A stretch of 64,000 nt of DNA from Spirochaetia bacterium. Its GTDB lineage: Bacteria; Spirochaetota; Spirochaetia; SZUA-6; Bin103. The stretch lies in assembly GCA_965203055.1 (NCBI GenBank), contig OZ241863.1, positions 3,680,001-3,744,000 on the forward strand, in the 5' to 3' direction. The notes beneath the pieces were generated by a model that did no database searches, was not told the origin of the DNA, and was given only the letters and a program-made list of their open reading frames with translations. The first letter of the stretch is position 1; every line of letters starts with the position of its first letter. Of the stretch, positions 12,199-22,362 are shown piece by piece. A program made the position numbers and the translations under genes.

Positions 12199-12393
12199 CG
12201 ATCCTCCGCCCGCGGCACGGCACGGCCTCCGCAAGGAGCGCGCGCCGCGGGCTTGGTCGGCCCGGAAGATACCACCGATCCGCAACGTCTGTCAGCAGGC
12301 AAGAGCAGGCAAGCGCGGCGTCCGGGCCGGGCGTCCGCCGGCCCGGCTGGCGTATCCGCGTCACCACGCCATCCGCACCTCTGGCATCCACGG

Positions 12394-13050
12394 TCAGGAG
12401 ATGGGGGTATCCGCGAACAGTTCGGGCTGATGACGTGAAGATTGCGAATGATTCGCGTAGGTGTCCCAGTCCGGCGCGTAGTTGCGCGCCTGGTCGCCCC
12501 ATGCAAACCATCCGGGTCTGGTACCCCGCGCAAACAGCTCGATGAACGGCCCGGGACTACACGACTCGATGAGGTCAAACTGCTCATCAGGCTTCTTGCT
12601 GTGCTCTCTCTTTTGAGAAATGATCATGTTTTCCTGGCTCCTTCCCGGTGCCAGTGTCCGGCAGTTCCGGCCGCGGATTCCGAACAGGATGAGTTCCGTT
12701 ACGTTGCGAAAATAGAATCCTACTCCGCGTCGATCGGGACCGCCGTCCTTGCGCACCTTGTACCATACCAGGTTGGTCTTATAGGTAAACCCCCACCGTT
12801 TCATGGTGTCCAATCCGTACGGCAGCAGCGCATTCGGGACCCACAGATACAGGTGAGCGCAATCCGTCACGATGTCCGCTACGGGCAGCCTCCCGATACT
12901 CTCGAACGACATGGTAGAGTAGCGCGACAACCGCCGATGCTCGGGAGCGACCTTACCCGTTCGATTTTGAAATTGCCACGGCGGATCAGCCAGAACCGTT
13001 CCGAATCTCCGGTCGCCCACTGCGCTCAGCAAGTGATTGGCGACGTCCAC
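12394..13050 (-). CDS. MT-A70 family adenine methyltransferase
   Basis: LADPPW, HLYLWVPN, HSKKP, ELFAR; GGAGG upstream of GTG at 13050. Confidence 0.9.
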   Translation of the reverse strand: MDVANHLLSAVGDRRFGTVLADPPWQFQNRTGKVAPEHRRLSRYSTMSFESIGRLPVADIVTDCAHLYLWVPNALLPYGLDTMKRWGFTYKTNLVWYKVRKDGGPDRRGVGFYFRNVTELILFGIRGRNCRTLAPGRSQENMIISQKREHSKKPDEQFDLIESCSPGPFIELFARGTRPGWFAWGDQARNYAPDWDTYANHSQSSRHQPELFADTPIS

Positions 13051-13465
13051 TATTCGTCCTCCACGTACAGCCCCTTCGCGATCATACCAAAATGCCTCCC
13101 TGGACAACAACGTGCCAAGCGCGCGCCGCTATAACGCGCGCGCTGCAGCCGCCGGCGGCCGGCGCGCCGCAGATCAAGGATGCTCAGTCAGCCGGGCGCC
13201 GGCGCGGCGCGGTCTCACACAACGGATCTACCTCGTCGGACCGGCCGCCTCAATCAGGAACGCCCAACGGCGCGGAGCAGGCCGCGCCCCGCTAGCCTCC
13301 TGCCATCCGGACGCGCGTAGTTGGCGGAAGACGTTTGGCGCTGCCGAGCGACGTGCTGAGAGGCTGGTTTGTGAAGACAATTCGAGCCTGGTCTGATGGG
13401 CGGCCACCGCATCGGCGTCGATCCGTACTAGGCAGGCCGGTTTCGAACCGCGGCGGCGTTGCGAG

Positions 13466-14365
13466 TTAGCGGGTTGTGATCTGGGTTAGTTCGGTGGCGA
13501 GTTCGTCGTACCAGGTTGCGCTTCGGAAGAACTCGCCGCGTTGCCGCGCTCCGGTACACAGCGCGCGGTAGAGCTGCGGGTCGCCGATCACGCGCCGTAT
13601 CGCGTCCCGAACCGCGGCCGTCGATCGCGGCTCTACCAGCAGGCCGCTCTTGCCGTCCTCGACGACCTCCGGCACGCTGCCCCAGTATGTCGATATGACC
13701 GGTCGCCCGCACTGCAGCGCCTCCAGCACGATGCCGGGATACCCCTCGACGTCCCAGTATGTCGGCAAGACCAGGAGGTCGTGGCGCTCCAGAGCGTCCG
13801 CCACCTCGCCGCGGCGCAGGACTCCGCGATACACCGCCTTGTCCTGCTCGTCGAATACGCTGAGATCGGTGTTCGCCATCGTCGGCCCGTATACGTTCAG
13901 ACAGCAATCACTCGGAAGGTCCCGGCAGGCTTCGACCGCCTCACGAAGCCCCTTCTCCATCCGCAACTGAGAAACGAAGATAAGGCGCCGCGCGGCGCTT
14001 CTCGGGGCCGTGCCTGATCCCCGGGTGTCTCGGGTATTCGGAAACCAGCGGACGGCTTGCCGATTCTGAAATCGCTTCTTGATGGCCTTGGACTGCACGA
14101 GAATCAGTGCGCATCGCATGTACGTCGCGTTCGCCCACCGCCGCTTGGCCACGGAATACCCGTCGTATATCTTCGCGAAGTCACCGCCGATGAACTTCAA
14201 TACGACCGGCCGGCGGAACGCCGCGCATATCAGCCACAACCCCGATCCCAGCCACCACGCACTCTTTGCCGAGATATGCATGATCACGACGTCGCTGTGA
14301 CGGATACGAGTCGCCACCTGCCACATCAACCTGGCGACCGTCACGAAGTTGTGCCAGAGCTGCAC
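13466..14365 (-). CDS. Glycosyltransferase family 4 (possibly 5'-truncated)
   Basis: RMEKG, EGYPGIVLEA (EX7E), GRPVI, PEVVEDG; usual N-terminal strand appears absent. Confidence 0.8.
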   Translation of the reverse strand: MQLWHNFVTVARLMWQVATRIRHSDVVIMHISAKSAWWLGSGLWLICAAFRRPVVLKFIGGDFAKIYDGYSVAKRRWANATYMRCALILVQSKAIKKRFQNRQAVRWFPNTRDTRGSGTAPRSAARRLIFVSQLRMEKGLREAVEACRDLPSDCCLNVYGPTMANTDLSVFDEQDKAVYRGVLRRGEVADALERHDLLVLPTYWDVEGYPGIVLEALQCGRPVISTYWGSVPEVVEDGKSGLLVEPRSTAAVRDAIRRVIGDPQLYRALCTGARQRGEFFRSATWYDELATELTQITTR

Positions 14366-14665
14366 GTGGCGGGGCGCATGAACCCGCCGCCGGCGGATTC
14401 AAGTCGCTAGGCGATGATTTGGGTGGAAGCAGCATGCATGTGCATGTGACACGCTCCCGGTGCCCGATGGCACCCAAGCGAATAGGCGAACCTGCCCACG
14501 GCGCGGCCCGCCAACCGCGCGGCCGAAGCAAGTGAGCCCAGCCACGGCGCCGCTCAACGGAGGTAGGAAGGATCTGTAGGGCTTGAACGGCGTGCCAGTG
14601 ACACGCTAGGATCGCATCACGGGCATAGGCGGACGCTCGCGCCCGTTGATAGCTTCGCACACCCA

Positions 14666-15574
14666 ATGGAATTTACGGTATTCACCGCCACCTACAATCG
14701 GGCTCATCTGTTGCACCGCGTCTACGACAGTCTGATGGCACAGACGTTTCGCGACTTCGAGTGGTTGGTAGTCGATGACGGATCAACCGACGGGACCAGC
14801 GCTCTGATAGAAGCATGGCGCGACGAGGCCGATTTTTCGATACGCTATTGCCATCAGAAGAATCAGGGTAAGCACGTTGCGTACAATTACGCCGTGCCAC
14901 GCGCCCGAGGCAGATTCTTTCTCACGCTCGACTCGGACGACGCCTGCATACCGCATGCGTTGGAGAGGCTCAAGCACTATTGGGACGCGATACCCGACCG
15001 GGAAAAACCAAGGTTTCCGCGGTTACCGTCTTGTGCATGGACGAGGGGGGGGCGTATTGTCGGTGACCACTTTCCGTATCTCATTACCGATTCCGATTCG
15101 CTCGAAATGCAATACCGATTCAAGGTCCGCGGAGAGAAATGGGGATTTCAACGTACGGAAGTCATGCGGGACTATCCGTTCCCCGTCCCTGATCGGAAGC
15201 TGTCCCACGTCCCCGAATCGATAGTGTGGAATCGTATAGCCCGCAAGTATAAAACCCGTTTCGTAAACGATAGCTTGCGTATCTATCATACGGAGTCAGA
15301 CAGCATAACCGCTGTGGCCGAAGTTGGAAGGAATGCATACTCGTACATGCTCGGCAATCGAATAAAGTTGAACGAGCATGTCGATTATCTTCGATACGCG
15401 CCGATTGCTTTTCTGAAATCGGCCGCCAACTACGTTCGCTTTTCGCTGCATGTCCGTAAGAACCCCGCCGAGATTGTGGCTTCGCTGGAAAATCAACGGG
15501 CGAAGTTGCTGTGTCTGGCCGCTTTCCCGCTTGGCTGCGGCGTATACTTGCGCGACATTAGGCGTGGCGGATGA
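14666..15574 (+). CDS. Glycosyltransferase family 2
   Basis: TATYNR, VVDDGSTD, NQGK, TLDSDD. Confidence 0.9.
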   Translation: MEFTVFTATYNRAHLLHRVYDSLMAQTFRDFEWLVVDDGSTDGTSALIEAWRDEADFSIRYCHQKNQGKHVAYNYAVPRARGRFFLTLDSDDACIPHALERLKHYWDAIPDREKPRFPRLPSCAWTRGGRIVGDHFPYLITDSDSLEMQYRFKVRGEKWGFQRTEVMRDYPFPVPDRKLSHVPESIVWNRIARKYKTRFVNDSLRIYHTESDSITAVAEVGRNAYSYMLGNRIKLNEHVDYLRYAPIAFLKSAANYVRFSLHVRKNPAEIVASLENQRAKLLCLAAFPLGCGVYLRDIRRGG

Positions 15575-15629
15575 GATGGCCGACACTTCAGCAAGGCATA
15601 AGGGCGTGACTTGGTAAGCAGTATGGCAT

Positions 15630-16457
15630 CTAAAGTGACGTCTGGACGCTATCGCTGCGTACAAAAACGAATTGATGATTTCCGGTTCCATCGCTAGGTG
15701 TTACAGTCGATGCGATGAATCTTCTTTCGCTAAAGAAATCGACGACTTCTTTCCACTTGGCATACTCATACGGATAGCCGCCGATCCAATCCAGTAAGTC
15801 GGTCACTACATGCATCCCTCGTTCTCGCTTGTACGCGGCGAACAAGTTGGTCCGTCGCCGAATGGACGAAATTGCCATTCTACCAATACGATATGGCACG
15901 TATACCATGGATGTGACAACTTTCGTGGCAACGTTGAAATTGTAAAACCTCTTTACGCCGTGCCATACCTGCGATCTCAATCCGCAGTCATTGTAGATCG
16001 CGAGACACAAGGTCCCTCCGTTCTTCGTCAAGCTCGTTACGTTGTCCATTGCAGTCCACATATCGCCGGTATGATGTAAAACACCCCATGCGTATACAAT
16101 GTCGTAGGTGTTCAACGATGTCAAAAACTCCTTGTCCAGCACCGAGCCCTGTAGAACGGTCCAGTCAGAATCGTCCGGGTAATACCGGGCCTTGAGCTCC
16201 TTGGCGCATGAAACCGAGTCCGGGTCGTAGTCGAAGGAGACCACTTTGCAACCGGCTGAGCGAGCGCACAATGAAAAGAGGCCACTGCCGCAGCCGACGT
16301 CAAGAAAGCGCTTGCCTTCGATGGTCTTGGCAGTGACGGTGCCATCGGCGCCGGAGATCATGGTAAGCAATGATTCCCTGGCAATCTCGATGTCCGCATC
16401 GGACAGGGTGGACAAGTACTTCTTCCAGTTTCTTCCGAATCCGAACCGTGACTTCAT
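15630..16457 (-). CDS. Class I SAM-dependent methyltransferase
   Basis: RFGFGRNW, FLDVGCGSG, YDIVYAWGVLHH, DWIGGYPYE. Confidence 0.88.
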   Translation of the reverse strand: MKSRFGFGRNWKKYLSTLSDADIEIARESLLTMISGADGTVTAKTIEGKRFLDVGCGSGLFSLCARSAGCKVVSFDYDPDSVSCAKELKARYYPDDSDWTVLQGSVLDKEFLTSLNTYDIVYAWGVLHHTGDMWTAMDNVTSLTKNGGTLCLAIYNDCGLRSQVWHGVKRFYNFNVATKVVTSMVYVPYRIGRMAISSIRRRTNLFAAYKRERGMHVVTDLLDWIGGYPYEYAKWKEVVDFFSERRFIASTVTPSDGTGNHQFVFVRSDSVQTSL

Positions 16458-16583
16458 TCTCTGCCGGCTAACGTAGCCGTGATGGCAGCTTAAGGGCATC
16501 CGCTATCGTTGATCTACCCCTTCCCCGCTCGCTCCGCCAACCGCCGGCGGCAACGGGCGCGAGGATACGGAGCATTGCCGTTA

Positions 16584-17212
<629 letters not shown>

Positions 17213-17310
17213 GCCGCTCCCGAACTTGACCCGCATTCAGCGCGTCCCTGCGCTGCGGCCGAACGGTTGTCATCATCCGCTCGATGCGGTCTGATAGTCA
17301 TACGCGCGTA

Positions 17311-18234
17311 ATGACGCTGGAGGCGTTGCATACTACGCTGACCGGACTCAAGGTCTGGAAACGCGGCGGCCAACGCGCGCCCCACAAGCCATTGCTGCTA
17401 CTGCTGGCAATGGGAAGGGCGGTGCGCGGCGAGTCCCGTCTTGCTCCGTTCAGCGAACTGGAGAAGACCCTGACCGGCCTGTTGCGGCACTTCGGACCGC
17501 CGCGTCAAGCGCATCACCCGGAATTTCCCTTCGGCCGGCTGGTCAAGGACGGCCTGTGGGAGATTCCCGGCGCCGCTTCGCTGCGCCGCACCAGGAGCGG
17601 CGACTTGTACCGATCGGAGCTGATCGCGCATGGCATTACCGGCGGCCTGCCGGAGCCGTTGTACCGATTGCTGGCGGCCGATCCCCAAGGCGCCCAGCGA
17701 ACCGCGCGCCGTATCTTGCATGGGCATTTTCCCGTCTCGATGCATAAGCATCTCCTGGAAGCCGTCGGGTTGTGGGATGCCGCCGGTGTTGAACACGAAC
17801 TCGTGCGCACCGATCGCGACCCCCACTTTCGCATCGCGGTATTGACCGCGTACGAGCGCCGTTGCGCCATCTGCGATTTCGATCTCCGCCTCGAGGACGA
17901 TCTGCTAGGGCTCGAAGCGGCGCATATCCGGTGGCATTCTCACGGCGGCCCCGATCGAGTGACGAACGGACTGGCGCTGTGCACCTTCCACCACGGCGCC
18001 TTCGATCGGGGCGCGATCGGCTTGGAGAGGAGCGCCAACGCCGCCGGCTACCGCGTGGTGGTATCGCAGTACGTGCACGGTACGAGTGCGGCGGTGCGCT
18101 GGCTTCTGGACTACCACGGCCGCGTGCTGCGCCCTCCCCAGGTACGGGCCGGTGAACCTGACCCGGCGCACGTAGCGTGGCACGGCAAGCAGGTGTTCCG
18201 AGCGCCGCCGCGGGAACTCCAAAGCCAAACGTGA
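17311..18234 (+). CDS. SBD-HNH endonuclease (phosphorothioate-DNA-targeting type IV-like)
   Basis: RAPHKPLLLL, PEFPFGRL, CAIC, EAAHI, NGLALCTFHH. Confidence 0.82.
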   Translation: MTLEALHTTLTGLKVWKRGGQRAPHKPLLLLLAMGRAVRGESRLAPFSELEKTLTGLLRHFGPPRQAHHPEFPFGRLVKDGLWEIPGAASLRRTRSGDLYRSELIAHGITGGLPEPLYRLLAADPQGAQRTARRILHGHFPVSMHKHLLEAVGLWDAAGVEHELVRTDRDPHFRIAVLTAYERRCAICDFDLRLEDDLLGLEAAHIRWHSHGGPDRVTNGLALCTFHHGAFDRGAIGLERSANAAGYRVVVSQYVHGTSAAVRWLLDYHGRVLRPPQVRAGEPDPAHVAWHGKQVFRAPPRELQSQT

Positions 18235-18346
18235 CGCAGCCCGAACCGTTCAGGTGAGGGAGGAGCGGATTTCGGCGGCGAAGGCGGCCAGCTCGTCCCG
18301 CCGCGGGCGCTCACCGGGAGCGCCGTGCGGCGGAATCTCGTTCAAG

Positions 18347-19366
18347 TCAGTTGGAAACCGCGCTCGAGACGGCGTCCAGCCAGGCTTGCCTGGCGGCGTC
18401 GAGCGCCTCCCGGTTGGCCGGAAAGTAGCCGACGTCGACCACTTCTTCGTTGACGTACGTCAGATAGAAGGCGACGAAGGCCGCCGCCTGCGGCTTCTCC
18501 AGCATGATGTCGGCCGTGGTGTAGATGAACAGCGGCCGCGCCAGCGGATAGGACGCGTCGTCCACGCTCTCCTTGCTCGCCTCGACGCCGTCGATGTTGA
18601 GCACCCGCAGCTTGTCGGCGTTCTCGGAGTAATACGCGTAGCCGAAGAAGCCGACCGAATAGGGCCCGCCGAGCACGCCCTGCACGAGGATGTTGTCATC
18701 TTCGCTCATCTGCAGGTTGGCGGCGCTCAGAATCGGCTCCATCTCGTGGTCGAACACCGCTTCCACGAAGTAGTCGAAGGTGCCGCTGTCGGTGCCGGGA
18801 ATGAAGCGTTGAATCGGCTCATCGGGCCACCTCGAATCGATGTCCCTCCAGCTCGCGGCAGTGCTGAACAGCGCGGCAAGCTGCGCCAGGTCGACGTCGT
18901 CCGCGAAGGTGTTCTCCTTGCTGACCACGACCGCCAGCGCGTCGGTGCCGACCCGCATCTCGATCGGCTGGCGGCCGATGGCGTTGCAGGATTCCACTTC
19001 CTGCGCCCTGATCGGACGGCTGGCATTGGCGACGTCGGTCTCGCCCGCGGTGCAGAAGCGCTCGAAGCCGGCGCCGCTGCCGATGCTGTCTACGGTGACG
19101 TTGTCCGGGAAGCCTTCGTCCTTGAACCGCTCGACCATGCGCTCCGACAGGGGGAACACGGTAGAGCTGCCCGCGGTAACGATGTTGCCCGTTACTTCCA
19201 GAGGGTTGATTCCCGGCAGCATGGGATCGTCCGACTCTTCGGTAATGAAGGCCCAGCTGGCCTCCTCTTCGCCGCCGCCCCCGGCGCTCGCCAGGGCGCC
19301 GCAGAGCAGCAGCGCCGGGACCAGCAAGCCGCGTGCCCGGCGCGCTGACGTACGTGAATGAGACAA
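18347..19366 (-). CDS. pstS: Phosphate ABC transporter substrate-binding protein
   Basis: AGSSTVFP, IGSGAG, ANASRPI, DSGTFDYF, YPLARPLFIY. Confidence 0.92.
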   Translation of the reverse strand: MSHSRTSARRARGLLVPALLLCGALASAGGGGEEEASWAFITEESDDPMLPGINPLEVTGNIVTAGSSTVFPLSERMVERFKDEGFPDNVTVDSIGSGAGFERFCTAGETDVANASRPIRAQEVESCNAIGRQPIEMRVGTDALAVVVSKENTFADDVDLAQLAALFSTAASWRDIDSRWPDEPIQRFIPGTDSGTFDYFVEAVFDHEMEPILSAANLQMSEDDNILVQGVLGGPYSVGFFGYAYYSENADKLRVLNIDGVEASKESVDDASYPLARPLFIYTTADIMLEKPQAAAFVAFYLTYVNEEVVDVGYFPANREALDAARQAWLDAVSSAVSN

Positions 19367-19418
19367 GGGAGTTTCTCCTTATCGAACGAAATGGTGTGGC
19401 CGCAAGGTAGCGGCGCGG

Positions 19419-19457
19419 CTTTAGGGTTCTGCTAGAGGACTGTTAGGGTAGTGTGAG
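19419..19457 (-). promoter_or_regulatory. Pho-box-like array of four hexamers at 11-bp period
   Basis: Minus strand CTCACA, CTAACA, CTAGCA, CTAAAG spaced exactly 11 bp upstream of pstS. Confidence 0.65.
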
Positions 19458-19511
19458 CCGCGCAGCGGCTTGGTGGAATGGCGCGCGGCCGGTAGGCGCG
19501 GCCGCAGCCCG

Positions 19512-22271
19512 CTAGCGGGTAAGGGTGTCGGGCGCCTCGGAGTCCACCTCCAGGTCGGCCAGCGCCCGTTGCGCCGTCGCCGGCGCCACCTCGCCCGCCT
19601 CGGCCAGGGCGCCGAGCGCCGTCGCCGTGATGTGGCGGGCGTCCACCTGGAAGTAGTCGCGCAGCGCGGCGCGGGTCTCGCTGCGCCCGAAGCCGTCCGT
19701 GCCCAGCGCCACCAGCGGTCCCGGCAGATGGCTGGCCAAGGCGCGCGGCAGCACCTTCAGGTAGTCGGAGGCGGCCACGCACACGCCCTGCTCGCCGGCG
19801 AACGCCTGCTGCAGGTAGCTCTGCCGGCGCGCTCCCGGATGCAGCGCGTTCCAGCGTTCCACCGCGTTGATGTCGTTATACAGCTCCTTGTAGCTGGTCA
19901 CGCTCCACACGTCGGCCGCCACCCCGTAGCCGCGCAACAGTTCCTGCGCGGCGCGCGCCTCGTTGAGAATGGTGCCGCTGCCGAGCAGGTGGGCGCGCGG
20001 CCTGCCCTTGGCCGCCGGCGCCCGCGACAGGCGGTAGATACCGCGCAGGATCCCCTCCCGGGCGCCTTCAGGCATGGCCGGCATCGGATAGTTCTCGTTC
20101 ATTACGGTGAGGTAATAGAAGAGATCTTCCTGCTTGTCGTACATGCGCTCGAGGCCGTCGCGGATGATCACCGCCAGCTCGTAGGCGTATGCCGGGTCGT
20201 AGGCCTTCAGGTTGGGAATGCTCAGCGCGGCCACGTGACTGTGCCCGTCCTGATGCTGCAGCCCCTCTCCGTTGAGGGTCGTGCGCCCGGCGGTTCCGCC
20301 CAGGAAGAAGCCCTTGGCGCGCATGTCGCCCGCCGCCCAGATCAGGTCGCCCACGCGCTGGAATCCGAACATCGAGTAGAAGATGTAGAACGGGATCGTA
20401 TTGATGCCGTGGGTGGCGTGGGCGGTGCCGGCGGCAATGAAGCTGGAGAACGATCCGGCCTCGGTAATGCCTTCCTCCAGCACCTGGCCGTCGGTGGCCT
20501 CGCGGTAGTAGAGCAGGTTCTCCTTGTCGACCGGTTCGTACAACTGGCCGAGGCTGCTGTAGATGCCCACCTGGCGAAACAGCGCCTCCATGCCGAAGGT
20601 GCGCGCCTCGTCCGGCACGATGGGCACCAGCAGCTTGCCGATTTCCTTGTCGCGCAGCAGCTTCGACAGAATGCGCACGAACACCATGGTGGTGGACACC
20701 GGGCGCTCGCCGGTGCCGGCGTAGAACTCGCGGAATACTTCTTCGGGAGGGGCCGGCAGCGGCGGCGCCTGCGGGGAGCGGACCGGCAGGCAGCCGCCCA
20801 GCTCCCGGCGCCGGTCATACAGGTAGCGCAGTTCCTCGCTCTCCTCCGGCGGGCGGTAGAAAGGCGCCTTGGCGACCTGATCGTCGGAGATCGGGATCCC
20901 GAAGCGGGTGCGAAAGGTGGCCAGCTCGTCTTCGTTGAGCTTCTTCTGCTGATGGGTGATGTTCTTGCCCTCGCCGCTCTCGCCCAGGCCGTATCCCTTG
21001 ATGGTCTGCGCCAATACCACGGTGGGCGCCCCGCGGTGACGTACCGCGGCGTGGTAGGCGGCGTACACCTTCTCGGGGTCGTGACCGCCGCGCCGCAGCT
21101 TCTGGAGCTGCTCGTCGGAGTAGTGCTCGACCATCTCCAGCAGGCGCGGGTCGGTACCGAAGAAATCGTTGCGGATGTAGTCGCCGCTGGCCACGGTGTA
21201 CTTCTGGAACTGGCCGTCGACCGTCTCGTTCATGCGCCGCACCAGCACGCCGTCGGCGTCCTTCTCCAGCAGCGGATCCCAATCGCCGCCCCAGATCACC
21301 TTGATCACGTTCCAGCCGGCGCCGCGGAACGCCGCCTCCAGCTCCTGGATGATCTTGCCGTTGCCGCGCACCGGGCCGTCCAGACGCTGCAGGTTGCAGT
21401 TGATCACCCAGATCAGGTTGTCCAGCTTCTCGCGCGCGGCCAAGGTGATCGAGCCGAGCGACTCCGGCTCGTCCATCTCGCCGTCGCCGAGGAACGCCCA
21501 CACCTTCTGCGCCGAGGTGTCGTGCAGCCCGCGGTCGCGCAGGTAGCGGTTGAAGCGCGCCTGGTAGATCGACATGATCGGCGTCAGCCCCATCGATACC
21601 GACGGCGAGAACCAGAAGTCGGGCATCAGCCAGGGGTGCGGATAGGAGGAGAGTCCGCCGCCCGGCTGCAGCTCGCGGCGAAAGTTGCCGAGCTGCCGCT
21701 CGGTGAGCCGCCCCTCCAGGTAGGCGCGGGCGTACATGCCGGGCGCGGAGTGGCCCTGGAAGTAGACGATGTCCCCGCCGCCGGGGGCGGCCGGGCCGCG
21801 CAGGAAGTGGTTCTGGGCCACCTCGATCAAGGTGGCGCCGGACGCGAACGAGGAGATGTGGCCGCCGATGTTGTCGGAGGTCCGGTTGGCGCGCACCACC
21901 ATCGCCATGGCGTTCCAGCGGATGATCGACTTGATGCGGCGCTCGATCTCGCGGCGCCCGGGCAGCACCGGCTGGTGGGAACGGGGAATGGTATTCACGT
22001 ATGGGGTATTGGCGGTGAAGGGCAGCTCCGCGCCGCGCTGGTGGGCGTAGCGCCGCAACTCGGTCAGCAGAAAGCGGGCGCGCTCCGCGCCGCCGCTGCG
22101 GATCACGTACTCCAGGGAGTCGATCCACTCGCCAAGCTCGTCGTCCGGCATGGCCTGCACCGGCGCCGGCGCCGGCGCCGCGCGGCCATTGGCGCCGGCA
22201 GCCGGCAACGGCATTCCGGGGGCCGGCGCCTGGCCGTTGCCGACAAGCTGCTCGACCTTGGTGTCACTCAT
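19512..22271 (-). CDS. aceE: Pyruvate dehydrogenase E1, homodimeric type
   Basis: GGHISSF, FQGHSAPG, GDGEMDEPES, NCNLQRLDGP, GEGLQHQDG. Confidence 0.96.
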   Translation of the reverse strand: MSDTKVEQLVGNGQAPAPGMPLPAAGANGRAAPAPAPVQAMPDDELGEWIDSLEYVIRSGGAERARFLLTELRRYAHQRGAELPFTANTPYVNTIPRSHQPVLPGRREIERRIKSIIRWNAMAMVVRANRTSDNIGGHISSFASGATLIEVAQNHFLRGPAAPGGGDIVYFQGHSAPGMYARAYLEGRLTERQLGNFRRELQPGGGLSSYPHPWLMPDFWFSPSVSMGLTPIMSIYQARFNRYLRDRGLHDTSAQKVWAFLGDGEMDEPESLGSITLAAREKLDNLIWVINCNLQRLDGPVRGNGKIIQELEAAFRGAGWNVIKVIWGGDWDPLLEKDADGVLVRRMNETVDGQFQKYTVASGDYIRNDFFGTDPRLLEMVEHYSDEQLQKLRRGGHDPEKVYAAYHAAVRHRGAPTVVLAQTIKGYGLGESGEGKNITHQQKKLNEDELATFRTRFGIPISDDQVAKAPFYRPPEESEELRYLYDRRRELGGCLPVRSPQAPPLPAPPEEVFREFYAGTGERPVSTTMVFVRILSKLLRDKEIGKLLVPIVPDEARTFGMEALFRQVGIYSSLGQLYEPVDKENLLYYREATDGQVLEEGITEAGSFSSFIAAGTAHATHGINTIPFYIFYSMFGFQRVGDLIWAAGDMRAKGFFLGGTAGRTTLNGEGLQHQDGHSHVAALSIPNLKAYDPAYAYELAVIIRDGLERMYDKQEDLFYYLTVMNENYPMPAMPEGAREGILRGIYRLSRAPAAKGRPRAHLLGSGTILNEARAAQELLRGYGVAADVWSVTSYKELYNDINAVERWNALHPGARRQSYLQQAFAGEQGVCVAASDYLKVLPRALASHLPGPLVALGTDGFGRSETRAALRDYFQVDARHITATALGALAEAGEVAPATAQRALADLEVDSEAPDTLTR

Positions 22272-22362
22272 TCAGTCCCCTCCATTGCCATTTGGCCATC
22301 CGTCCGCGCGGCGCAGTCCCCGAGGGACGGCGCCGGCGGCGGGTCCAACGCGCACCGTACCA

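Noticed and set aside
13432..13456. tRNA T-arm-like GGTTCGAAACC (possible att site)
   Set aside because: The stem pairs poorly and no acceptor arm or CCA follows
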